Positions 10,916 through 21,310 of a stretch of DNA of 23,147 nt are shown here, piece after piece. The position numbers and the translations under genes were made by a program. The notes beneath the pieces are model-generated. The model was not told the DNA's origin. It saw only the letters and a list, made by a program, of their open reading frames with translations, and searched no databases. The DNA lies in contig JAQGDQ010001863.1 in NCBI GenBank assembly GCA_030141605.1, positions 1 through 23,147 of the forward strand, in the 5' to 3' direction. Numbering within the stretch: the first letter of the stretch is position 1; every line of letters begins with the position of its first letter. Origin of the DNA: Tubiluchus corallicola (lineage: Eukaryota; Animalia; Priapulida).

Positions 10916-11297
10916 ATCAATGTCAATATGGATAACATGGATTTATAATTATCATTAATCTTTTGTTTTAATATACATATTTACATAAACGGGTATCTAG
11001 TTGCAGACAAAGATATACCTGCTCACCAAAGAATATTTGAAATAAATATGTAAAATATGTGAGATGAATCAAGTGAAATGCATTTTTGTATGACACGTCC
11101 TGCTTATCAAAAAGAGAGAAAAGTTGTAGTTGAAATTTTTTTAAAAATATAGAGATGTAGAGATGAGAAACCTAGTGATAAATTTTATATACGACATCAG
11201 TACGAAAAGGGAAGAGAAACAGGATAGCAAATAACTTTAATTTGAACTGGCAGCCTGCAAAATGTGTTTTTACTATTGTTGTTTTACTCTGCTATTA

Positions 11298-11445
11298 TTG
11301 TGCTTTTCTTAATATGGTGCTTTTGTTAGTATTGTGCTTTTGTTATCATTGTGCTTTTGTTACCATTGTGCTTTTGTTATCAATGTGCTTTTGTTACCAA
11401 TGTGCTTTTGTTACCAATGTGCTTTTGTTATCAATGTGTTTTTTG
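11298..11445. repeat. 17-bp minisatellite (TGTGCTTTTGTTA[C/T]CA[A/T])n
   Basis: About 8 copies, degenerate at the edges. Confidence 0.9.
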
Positions 11446-11662
11446 TATGATCGTCCCTACTACGTTTGAGCCGTTCAATCCTATGTACAGAATCAATGTT
11501 TTCTTTCTCTTTATGTTGTGTGCTCAACAAACAATTAACTAATATGCATTATACATTGATACATTAACTGTACAATGTTAAGTGTATAGCCAATACGATG
11601 CTTATAGTACTGTTAAAATTACAATCAGAAAAACACGTTTACAGCTGTTTCAATTATTACAT

Positions 11663-12708
11663 GTTTAGACTACAAAATCTTCTACAATATTACAAGCTGA
11701 GACTACAAAATCTTCTACAATATTACAAGTTTAGACTACAAAATCATCTACAATATTGCAAGCTTAGACTACAAAATCTTCTACAATATTACAAGTTTAG
11801 ACTACAAAATCTTCTACAATATTACAAGCTTAGACTACAAAATCTTCTACAATATTACAAGCTTAGACTGCAAAATCTTCTACAATATTACAAGCTGAGA
11901 CTACAAAATCTTCTACAATATTACAAGCTCAGACTACAAAATCTTCTGCAATATTACAAGTTTAGACTACAAAATCTTCGACAATATTACAAGATTAGAC
12001 TACAAAATCTTCTACAATAGTACAAGATTAGGCTACAAAATCTTCTACAATATTACAAGATTAGACTACAAAATCTTCTACAATATTACAAGCTTAGCCT
12101 ACAAAATCTTCTACAATATTACAAGATTAGACTACAAAATCTTCTACAATATTACAAGATTAGACTACAAAATCTTCAACAATATTACAAGTTTAGACTA
12201 CAAAATCTTCTACAATATTACAAGATTAGGGGCTACAAAATCTTCTACAATATTACAAGTTTAGACTACAAAATCTTCTACAATATTACAAGATTAGGCT
12301 ACAAAATCTTCTACAATATTACAAGATTAGACTACAAAATCTTTACAATATTACAAGCTTAGCCTACAAAATCTTCTACAATATTACAAGATTAGACTAC
12401 AAAATCTTCTACAATATTACAAGCTTAGCCTACAAAATCTTCTACAATATTACAAGCTTAGCCTACAAAATCTTCTACAATAGTACAAGATTAGGCTACA
12501 AAATCTTCTACAATATTACAAGATTAGACTACAAAATCTTCTACAATATTACAAGCTTAGCCTACAAAATCTTCTACAATATTACAAGATTAGGCTACAA
12601 AATCTTCTACAATATTACAAGATTAGGCTACAAAATCTTCTACAATATTACAAGCTTAGCCTACAAAATCTTCTACAATATTACAAGTTTAGACTACAAC
12701 ATCTTCTA
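11663..12708. repeat. 33-bp minisatellite (GTTTAGACTACAAAATCTTCTACAATATTACAA)n, ~31 copies
   Basis: Read directly; variation concentrated in the AG(T/C/A)TTAG(A/G/C)C part. Confidence 0.97.
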
Positions 12709-13131
12709 TACGTTTTCACTAAAATATATCACTGCAACAAAATCATTAATCACTGTACAATTCAAGGTATCAAATTTTACTCGTGAGGCTGTGAAAGCTT
12801 CATGTAACCAATTTTAATTACTACTGAGCTGATTTATGACTTCAATTTATAGGCAGGGCTGAATCCGTTAAGTAGCTGAAAGAAACGGCATTGAATAGAA
12901 TGCATAAATAATCATTACACAAGCCTGATGCGTCAAGTTGTGTTTCTGAACACGGTTGATAACGATGATGATGACAGCAATGGCGACTGCAAAGCGACGA
13001 CGACGGTGATGATACTGATGACGTCGAAAGCCATTAAATGACACGTACAATGTTAAATTGTAAAACCCTGCTAACAAAGTTCCCCTTTTGGGGGATGAGG
13101 ATGCCCATAGTTTTGTATTGATTTTACTTAC

Positions 13132-13241
13132 TGGGGTATCTCCAAATAGTCTTTGTCCTCCTTTTGACAATGCACTTCTACCATTGACTTTCAAATTTCT
13201 CAACCCTTTACTTAAATTTTCACAAAATGTTAGTAGTATAG
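13132..13241 (-). other. Candidate exon of an unidentified minus-strand transcript
   Basis: ttcctag| acceptor and CCA|gtaagt donor, 110 nt open (ILLTFCENLSKGLRNLKVNGRSALSKGGQRLFGDTP); no homology recognised. Confidence 0.3.
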
Positions 13242-13551
13242 CTAGGAATTAAATATGGCGGCCCTAACCTCAAGCTTGCATTCAGATTACGGAGTACTGA
13301 GCTATGATTTATCGTACCATTCTCTGCGTACGTTCATAAGAAAAATTATACTAGCGTAGACCTAAATTTTTAAAATTTATAGATAATTTAAAGCTCTAGT
13401 ATTGTTGATCTTATTCTCAATTAACGTACGATAAAGCCGCAGTTAGATTTTTAAACCAAATTTTTTGACATGTGAGAAAGTCGAGATTGAGGCTGCAAAT
13501 GATATGGCAACTAGACCACACAGCTCCTTGGTGCTTCTCTGCTTGCAGCCC

Positions 13552-13564
13552 GAGTTCGAATCTC
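13552..13564 (+). other. tRNA-like T-arm / B-box (GAG-TTCGAAT-CTC), likely SINE remnant
   Basis: Hairpin with GTTCGAATC motif; no full cloverleaf. Confidence 0.4.
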
Positions 13565-13760
13565 ACGACCACCTGTATTGGCACAAATAGTTGTTATCTG
13601 TGTTATTTATTTGTTGCATTTCAGTGTTGCTGTATTCGTTAGGAGTCGCTTATAGTAGCCAATGGCTAATGTTGTCTGTTGTCCCAGCAACTGTAAATAA
13701 GTGTCTTTGTCCTTTTTGGAAGTAAATAGTTGGGCAGTGTGACAAATAAATTCACAGAGA

Positions 13761-13808
13761 GCTGTCGCCGATTTATTTTCCGGCCAGGCTCGACGTTGCT
13801 TAACTTCA
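13761..13808 (-). pseudogene. Degenerate 5S rRNA-derived fragment
   Basis: Minus strand GAAGTTAAGCAACGTCGAGCCTGG (13807-13784) matches the invertebrate 5S box A region; ungapped weak match continues (AT.GG.GAC.GC) into box C. Confidence 0.7.
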
Positions 13809-14099
13809 GCTACTAAGCACTTGTACCACGATCATTCAGCTGGCTTAAAATAAGGGGGGGGGGGGGGGGAATTCGGTAACATTTTCACTACGTTTATAAA
13901 TTGACTTATGCGTAAGAACAATTCAAAGAGTAACCTTTTTTGCTTGTACTGTACCTTGATCACATGCATTTTTGCACGGCTGAATTCATGCAAAATACTG
14001 CTAATGTTTAATGAAAGAAGCCAAGTTTAATCATACCGAAGATTCGTTTGATGTTTTTATGAATTTCTTCTTATGCCAAACTGTCGGCGCATCATCTAT

Positions 14100-14787
14100 T
14101 GTGACGTCATGTTTGTTGCAACTATCACTATGGTGACCGTTTTCAGTTTTCCCTTGTGCAGCAGGGTTTGTGACGTAATGTTAGTTGAAACTATCACTAT
14201 GGTGACCGTTTTCAGTTTTCCCTTGTGCAGCGGGATTTGTGACGTCATGTTACATGAAACTATCACTATGGTGACCGTTTTCAGTTTTCCCTTGTGCAGC
14301 GGGATTTGTGACGTCATGTTACATGAAACTATCACTATGGTGACCGTTTTCAGTTTTCCCTTGTGCAGCAGGGTTTGTGACGTAATGTTACATGAAACTA
14401 TCACTATGGTGACCGTTTTCAGTTTTCCCTTGTGCAGCGGGGTTTGTGACGTCATGTTACATGAAACTATCACTATGGTGACCGTTTTCAGTTTTCCCTT
14501 GTGCAGCGGGATTTGTGACGTCATGTTACATGAAACTATCACTATGGTGACCGTTTTCAGTTTTCCCTTGTGCAGCAGGGTTTGTGACGTAATGTTAGTT
14601 GAAACTATCACTATGGTGACCGTTATCAGTTTTCCCTTGTGCAGCAGGGTTTGTGACGTAATGTTAGTTGAAACTATCACTATGGTGACCGTTTTCAGTT
14701 TTCCCTTGTGCAGCGGGGTTTGTGACGTCATGTTAGTTGAAACTATCACTATGGTGACCGTTATCAGTTTTCCCTTGTGCAGCGGGG
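14100..14787. repeat. 69-bp minisatellite, 10 copies
   Basis: Unit TGTGACGT(C/A)ATGTTA(CA/GT)TGAAACTATCACTATGGTGACCGTTTTCAGTTTTCCCTTGTGCAGC(G/A)GG(A/G)TT. Confidence 0.97.
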
Positions 14788-14875
14788 TACACTATGGGTT
14801 CGGGTGCTGCTGGCATCAGTATTCTTGCTCACTTTTGGCTTCATTTTCAACGTTTTGGGATTTGTGATTTTTCAG
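14783..14875 (+). CDS. Candidate 93-nt phase-0 exon encoding a transmembrane-like segment
   Basis: ttttcccttgtgcag| acceptor and CAG|gtaaaa donor; RGTLWVRVLLASVFLLTFGFIFNVLGFVIFQ; no family recognised. Confidence 0.35.
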
Positions 14876-15003
14876 GTAAAAATCACTTTATCAATTGGTC
14901 AATTGTTTCTAGTTCAATCAGATTTCTGAGTGGTTTCGGTCCATTTAGACATTGTATTCAGCAAGCATGAAACATTCCTACATGTTCTTCAAATATTGGA
15001 TAG

Positions 15004-15695
15004 CTTATTCACTATCTAATATATGGCGTCATGTCTTGGGTTGGTGTATACAAAAGTAATCTGGAAGCTTTACGAATTACCCAGAACAAAATTCTCAAAC
15101 TAATATATCATGTAAGGTATGACCATCCAACAAATATAATTTATTTGTCTGTTAAAACTCTTAAAGTGAAAGAAATATATGACATGTATTGCCTTCATTT
15201 CATGTATCAGTATCATAATTCACTACTTCCACCAGCTTTTCAGTCATACTTTAGTCCAGTTTCAAATCAACATGATCATTACACAAGATATTCAGTCGGA
15301 AACTATGTACTCCCTCTTCTAAAAACAAATATAATGAAACAGTCATCAAAATATAATGCTATTAAAATATGGTCATCAATTCCGCGTGAAATGAAAACTC
15401 TTAATCTTCATCAATTTAAAAAAGCATCAAAGAATTACCAACTACAACGGTATAATTAACTCACAATTTTACTCATCCTGATCTTAAACTTATTTTGTTC
15501 TAATGTACGTTATAACTGATGAAAATACTATGTAATGTTAATTGTCAATTGTTACACTTATCTGGAGGAGGACTCGAAAGCTCAATGCTCCTTCCTCCTC
15601 CTCACAGTAACTCGCATAGTTTATTTTTTTTCAATGTTATATCAATTTATATGTATGTTTGAGTTGCTATGGAATAAATTCATAATTCATAATTC
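15004..15695 (+). mobile_element. 5'-truncated non-LTR retrotransposon (CR1/L2 group, Crack/Daphne-like): ORF2 C-terminus + 3'UTR
   Basis: YLIYGVMSW…L…Q.K…FMYQYHNSLLP…YF…HDHYTR…KIWSSIP…FKK is the typical post-RT C-terminal pattern; 3'UTR hairpin GAGGAGGA…TCCTCCTC; AATAAA followed by (TTCATAA)-type tail. Confidence 0.88.
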
Positions 15696-15789
15696 TCAAA
15701 ATAAGGGCTCGTATTCTGAGGTTTCATAAGGAGTCAGAATTCGTTTTTTCGCTTTTCTCGTTCACTTCTTTCTTTATTCTTCCACATAC

Positions 15790-15896
15790 TAACACAATTG
15801 ATGGCATGGATAGTTGTAAGCTTGAATACGCTTGTCTTGTCATAATCTGCTCTTCCTCAACAATCTTTTGGGGACTTCTTCTGCCCTTAAAGAAGT
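15790..15896 (-). other. Candidate exon of an unidentified minus-strand transcript
   Basis: tttgtag| acceptor, TTA|gtatgt donor, 107 nt open (FFKGRRSPQKIVEEEQIMTRQAYSSLQLSMPSIVL). Confidence 0.25.
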
Positions 15897-15903
15897 CTAC
15901 AAA

Positions 15904-16235
15904 TAGGGCCGGCCTTAAGCATAGGCAAACTAGGCAACCGCGTAGGGCCTCACCCTCCAGGGGGGCCTCACGCCGAGGTAACATTTGCTTGTATTTCTTT
16001 CTCTCTTGCTTTCTCTCTCTTCTGCCGCACGCCAGTATTGGCAATATTGACAAGTATTAAGGACTTGTCTTGAGAATAAAGCAGTTTTTCTTTCAATTGT
16101 TCTTTCCTTTAACAACTATATAACTCCATATTTTCTCTTCGAAAATGTTTCCCCCGGCGTTGTAGAAGTTAAAAAATTTTGGGGGCCTCACACGCCCCAC
16201 TTCCCCGGGCCTCGCTTAGGCTGAAATAGGCCCTG
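15904..16235 (+). mobile_element. hAT-type MITE, chimeric copy
   Basis: Right TIR CTGAAATAGGCCCTG and core GGGCCTCACCCTCCAGGGGGGCCTC shared with other copies, but left end TAGGGCCGGCCTTAAG differs; no TSD seen. Confidence 0.75.
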
Positions 16236-16502
16236 AATAGACGAGCCCCGACTTCGTCATTTAACCAATTGTAAGTAATTCCTAGTTTTACAAAAGCTGA
16301 AAATCCCACATCAGTACAATAATTTCTCTGGTATGTACATGTAATATACCATTTTAATATATACGTTTATATTATTAATTTCTAGTAAAATTTATATTTA
16401 TATTTAGTGCAATCAAAGAAACTGAAAGCTGCTAATCTACGGCCAAGATTCCACAGACGCAAAGTTAGGTGTCTTTGATGATAGCTTTTGCCCTGAAAGA
16501 AG

Positions 16503-16718
16503 CAGGTCCTATTTCAGGGGGGGAAGTGGGGATACTTCCCCGGGGCCTCACCCACCAGGGGGCCTCGTGCCTAGGTAACATTTTTTTTTGCTTTATGCGA
16601 ACATACTGCCTCCTCGCTATTTTCTCTTCGAAAATGCTTCTCCGACGTTCTAGCAGTTCAAAAATTTTCTGGGCGCCAACCATGGTGCCCCCCCCCGAGG
16701 AGGCTGAAATAGGCCCTG
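16503..16718 (+). mobile_element. Intact hAT-type MITE (216 bp)
   Basis: 15-bp TIRs CAGGTCCTATTTCAG / CTGAAATAGGCCCTG (1 mismatch) flanked by 8-bp TSD GAAAGAAG (16495-16502, 16719-16726). Confidence 0.93.
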
Positions 16719-17594
16719 GAAAGAAGGGGTGGTATAAGATCCTGCTCCAAAATTAAGTAGAAATTTAGGCCTGTCTACAAAGCCTATAAGGCGTGGCTTA
16801 GAGGGACTAACGTGGTTCAGAGCTTAACTAAAACTTACTTCCATTTTGCTGTAGTACAAGGCTCTGACATTGCTATGTGCGTTGCGCCATCTGTAGGACG
16901 ATTTGGAATCCATTAAAAAATAGAAAAGCGAAAACATATTTGGGAAACTCATGGAAGAATGTGAGGTGCCTTAAAAATTAAATTTTCTAGCTGCCTCTTT
17001 TAAATTTTGGCACGTTCTTGCAGAGAAAACCAGAATGAAATATTTCACTGAAGTTTAGAATTAGGAAATTACATATTTGACAGTAAAAGTTTGCATAAAA
17101 ATAATCTTTCAAACTTCCAAATTTTGAGTCACAAACAACTAAACAGATGGAAGACGGTTGAGAAAGTTGCTAAAACCTTGAAAATTACTGATGAGAACAG
17201 AACAGTTACTAAAGTACATAGTAACTCGTAACTGCTTCTATAGTAAAGTTAATTTTTAAATCTTTCACAATAGTTACTTCGCGTATGACTAGGTCTACTA
17301 TAATTTAGACTTTCATGTGTTTGAATAAATTACAGTAGTTTAACTTCATTTTAAACTTACCTTGGCAGTTTGTTAATAAAAATGGGCCTCATCTCCTACT
17401 AAAATGATTTACTTTGAAAATAATAGTTACACAAATGCACCACAGATGGCGCCAGAATCCTACATCTGCTAGAGCTACTATATATATATTACAAGTTTTT
17501 TGCTGGATTAACTGCTGTGTTTACCTGTCTTAAGGGCAGATTTCTTTCTTTAGAGTTCTGTCCGCCCAATGTCTACAATAGACTTAATGGGCAT

Positions 17595-17630
<36 letters not shown>

Positions 17631-17649
17631 GTGGTGATGGTGGCGGTGG

Positions 17650-17700
<51 letters not shown>

Positions 17701-17706
17701 CGGTGG

Positions 17707-17739
<33 letters not shown>

Positions 17740-17779
17740 CGATGATGATGATGACGATGATGATGATGATGATGATGAC

Positions 17780-17823
<44 letters not shown>

Positions 17824-17881
17824 CGATGATGATGATGACGATGGTGAGGATGACGATGATGATGATGATGATGACGATGAT
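17595..17881. repeat. (ATG)n microsatellite with GTG/ACG/GCG variants
   Basis: Read directly; source of poly-M/poly-S pseudo-ORFs. Confidence 0.98.
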
Positions 17882-18084
17882 AAATATACAGGGACTCTAA
17901 CAGCTGTCAAAGCCGCTTAGCTTTGTTACTACCTAAAGTAAAAAAGCTGTCGCTAAATATTCGTAAGAGAAAATTTCAAATCAAAAATATAAAAATAATG
18001 GCTGACCAAAGATTTTGGTATTATTTTTAAAAGTAAAAAACGGCAATAAAAACTGTAAAGGCACATTATTGTGGGTATGCTGTA

Positions 18085-18113
18085 TGCGCATGCGCCAAAA
18101 TTGCGCATGCGCA
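18085..18113. promoter_or_regulatory. Tandem pair of NRF1-type sites
   Basis: TGCGCATGCGC (18085-18095) and perfect TGCGCATGCGCA (18102-18113) in otherwise AT-rich DNA. Confidence 0.5.
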
Positions 18114-18257
18114 TCTCACTAATTCTGATGGCGTGAATATAAACGTGAGAGATTTGCACAAGTAAAATCATTTTGCAATTTGTCAAAGTGAATGTTAAGC
18201 TGTGTGTCAGTAGTTGGTCAGAATCCCGCTAGGCGGTGGTACGTCTTTAGCTCGTTA

Positions 18258-18606
18258 AAACACAAGAAAACCCTTAACTTACATAAAGCTTGAAAAATTC
18301 GTCTTAAAATTTTATGCCACTTACATACATACTGCCGTTTTGCATGCAGGACTTGCGTCGGCAATAACGCTGTATAAAACGTGTAAATTTAAACTCCCGC
18401 GATAACCGTTAGACGCAGCCATTTTGATGATGTCATTTGAAATACGTTTAGATAACATTGTGTAAAGTTTGAAAAAATAATCAGAGTATTCGCAGCGCAC
18501 ACGTCACTAACTAAATAAAATTTAAAATTACTGTATCTTGTCAACAAGATTAAAAATAAGTTTTTGGTTAGTGAGTGGTGCACCCTGGAGGGTGAGTCGG
18601 CGACAT
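18258..18606 (+). mobile_element. Second, partial copy of the 7318 repeat family
   Basis: Collinear with 7318-7638 from AAGAAAACCCT to CACCCTGGAGGGTGAGTC.GCGACAT. Confidence 0.85.
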
Positions 18607-18987
18607 TTTACCAATTGGTGAAAACACTTTAAATTGTAATTTCTAGTTACGTAAGTCTTTCCAGCAGCTCAGCGAAATGCTAAGTAAAATAGATTTGCAC
18701 GAAAAGTTTTTCATGACATAATTTAACATTGCCTTTTCTTCCGTTGATTTACGTTTGGTACATGACGTCATGTAATGGCAACTTCGGAACAGTATTGCGG
18801 GAGATTTAAAATGAAAACAAACAAAAATTCCTTTCAACGCGAGTACGATATACGCATAAAACTGCTATAAAGTAATATAATTTCTTAAGGCAATTTTTCT
18901 GAAACCTACTTCTGGTACCCCTTTTCTTGTCCGTTAAGCTCGTTACATTACCAATCCATTGCCGTCTTCTTATCTGAATTTGCTTAC

Positions 18988-19068
18988 CTAGAGGATCTTA
19001 TTATATCACAAATCTTCATTGGAAACTCGTCATGCCACTTGATGCTCAGTAACTTCCTGTCGTGACGT
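18988..19068 (-). other. Candidate exon (possibly non-coding) on minus strand
   Basis: tttcctag| acceptor, TAG|gtaagc donor, 81 nt, one open frame (RHDRKLLSIKWHDEFPMKICDIIRSS). Confidence 0.25.
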
Positions 19069-19372
19069 CTAGGAAACAGTCTATTTCCTTTTATAGGCGC
19101 ACATCGAAAGCTGCTAATGTTAAACTTACTCGTCTGGCTTCCTCGCGTTCATAGACCTACCTAGTTCAATTTATTCGAACTTTTTTTGCTGTTAGCAGAT
19201 TAACACTAAATTAATGGATAGACCTGGTAATTTTTCGGAAAGCAAAAATGTAAGCCTATCCACGTAAAACTGTGTTCTTTAGTTTAGTTTGAACTTTATT
19301 GATTTTATTTAAAGTGAATTTACCATAAAGACTATGTCTGGTACGAGTACTTGACGGTGCAACTGCTTGAGT

Positions 19373-20026
19373 GCAAGGTGCTAAGGGTAAGGTGCTAAGG
19401 GTAAGGTGCTAAGGGTAAGATGGTAAGTGTAAGGTGCTAATTGTAAGGTGCTAAGTGTAAGGTGCTAAGTGTAAGGTGCTAAGGGTAAGATGCTAAGTGT
19501 AAGGTGCTAAGGGTAAGGTGCTAAGTGTAAGGTGCTAAGTGTAAGGTGCTAAGGGTAAGATGCTAAGTGTAAGGTGCTAAGGGTAAGATGCTAAGTGTAA
19601 GGTGCTAAGGGTAAGATGCTAAGTGTAAGGTGCTAAGTGTAAGGTGCTAAGTGTAAGGTGCTAAGTGTAAGATGGTAAGTGTAAGATGCTAAGTGTAAGG
19701 TGCTAAGGGTAAGATGCTAAGTGTAAGGTGCTAAGGGTAAGATGCTAAGTGTAAGGTGCTAAGGGTAAGATGCTAAGTGTAAGGTGCTAAGGGTAAGATG
19801 CTAAGTGTAAGGTGCTAAGGGTAAGGTGCTAAGGGTAAGATGGTAAGTGTAAGGTGCTAAGGGTAAGATGCTAAGTGTAAGGTGCTAAGGGTAAGGTGCT
19901 AAGTGTATGGTGCTAAGTGTAAGGTGCTAAGGGTAAGATGCTAAGTGTAAGGTGCTAAGGGTAAGATGCTAAGTGTAAGGTGCTAAGGGTAAGGTGCTAA
20001 GTATAAGATGGTAAGTGTAAGGTGCT
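19373..20026. repeat. 14-bp minisatellite (GTAAG[G/A]TGCTAAG[G/T])n, ~46 copies
   Basis: Read directly; frequent 28-bp dimer GTAAGGTGCTAAGGGTAAGATGCTAAGT. Confidence 0.97.
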
Positions 20027-20299
20027 TATGAAAGAATAAAGATCAAAAGATTCATTAGAACAAATCAGTGGCTCAAATACAAGTCAGAAGATGCATTAAG
20101 CTTCTTTAAATGAAAACTTTACATGTTAATTCGTAGAAACAACATTTAGATAACAGCAGTAATAATAAAATGCATTTGCAAAGTAGACAGCTAAGTAATC
20201 ATCTGATTTCTTACCACAATCTTGGTGCAGATTATGCAAAACAAGGCATCATTGATAAATCTTTAGAGCTGATGTCAACATAGCGCAATCTATTATCTT

Positions 20300-20588
20300 T
20301 CTTCCTACCATTTCCACTAACACATCCTTCTACCCTTCCTGTGTGATCTAACCTTTCTCCCAGTTCTTTTTTGTTCGCTCATCCATTCTTTTTTATCGGG
20401 TTCACATGACAGTGGGCTTATACAAGCCTTTGCTTCTCTAGCCCACTGCAGTACAATTATTCTTTTATGATTACGATAGTGTATGAAACATAATAATTTA
20501 ATACAGTAGATGTAATAATTTTGATGTCACTGTGTGCTTAATGTCATTATATTGTACTGAATGTGATAATAATAATAAATAAAAAAAA
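20300..20588 (+). mobile_element. Probable LINE 3'UTR remnant
   Basis: Pyrimidine-rich tract, 9-bp stem CAGTGGGCT…AGCCCACTG (20410-20448), then AATAAA and A-run at ~20575-20588. Confidence 0.5.
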
Positions 20589-20703
20589 TCTATTGTACTG
20601 TAAGACGAGAGGTTGATTTAATAAACTCTTGTCATAAATTGTGCAGAACAATCAACATTGTAAGATGACCAGTTTTGAATTTTTCAAATACTTTTGTGTA
20701 TAG

Positions 20704-20818
20704 GACTGCAGGGTTAAAATTTCGTAAACAGTCACGTGTTACAATCTGGTGGTCAAGTAGAGGTCATCTAACAACGCTGCACCGGTCAACGGTATTTTAC
20801 GCATTCGAAGAAGTAATG
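20704..20818 (+). other. Candidate coding exon of an unidentified plus-strand gene
   Basis: cttttgtgtatag| acceptor, ATG|gtaaga donor, 115 nt with a single open frame (TAGLKFRKQSRVTIWWSSRGHLTTLHRSTVFYAFEEVM). Confidence 0.3.
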
Positions 20819-21155
20819 GTAAGAACTTCCTATAAAATCACCACAGCTACAATTGGTGTTGTTAATTATACATAATCTTCTAATATAAACATCATTTTTC
20901 AATTGAGAAAATTTTCTTATGCATCTATTAGTGAATATTTGATTGGCTCGATCATTATTGTATCGATTATATTCTTGTAGGTAGATTCCACAAGGTGATT
21001 AATTCATGTTTTAATGAAATTTGGGAACTATAAGTTTCTCTAAATGCTTTGGGTAAAGAGTTACAAATTCTCATACCTTTTAAAAAAAACTGTTATACGG
21101 TTGCTCTGTAGTTTTTAAACCTTGAATTATACTCACCTTGATGCCGCGTACTTTT

Positions 21156-21260
21156 CTACCTAGTTCTCTACCTACTTACGTGCCTGCCTGTCTGGCTACT
21201 TGCCCGTCCGCTTGTCTGACTGCTTACCTACCTACCTATACCTTTATTCCTGCCTACCTA
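21156..21260. repeat. Degenerate (CCTA/CCTG)n tetranucleotide repeat
   Basis: Read directly. Confidence 0.75.
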
Positions 21261-21310
21261 CAGGGCCTACCGAATGTACGCACATTTACTACACTATATC
21301 ATATTTATTA

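Noticed and set aside
11598-12020. RLQNLLQYYK repeat protein
   Set aside because: 33-bp minisatellite; stops and indels occur in later units.
13505-13575. tRNA gene
   Set aside because: Only a T-arm motif; no acceptor stem, D-arm or anticodon arm can be folded.
14073-14867. 264-aa Cys-containing repeat protein
   Set aside because: Open on both strands due to 69-bp unit; no recognisable domain or codon-position bias evident.
15031-15459. Host protein-coding gene
   Set aside because: It is the C-terminal remnant of a LINE ORF2 without the RT core.
17360-17395. Minus-strand micro-exon with AAG|gtaagt donor
   Set aside because: Too short to support, lies within a possible old MITE, does not chain in frame with neighbours.
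17517-17910. Poly-Met / poly-Ser ORFs
   Set aside because: (ATG)n microsatellite with no coding context.
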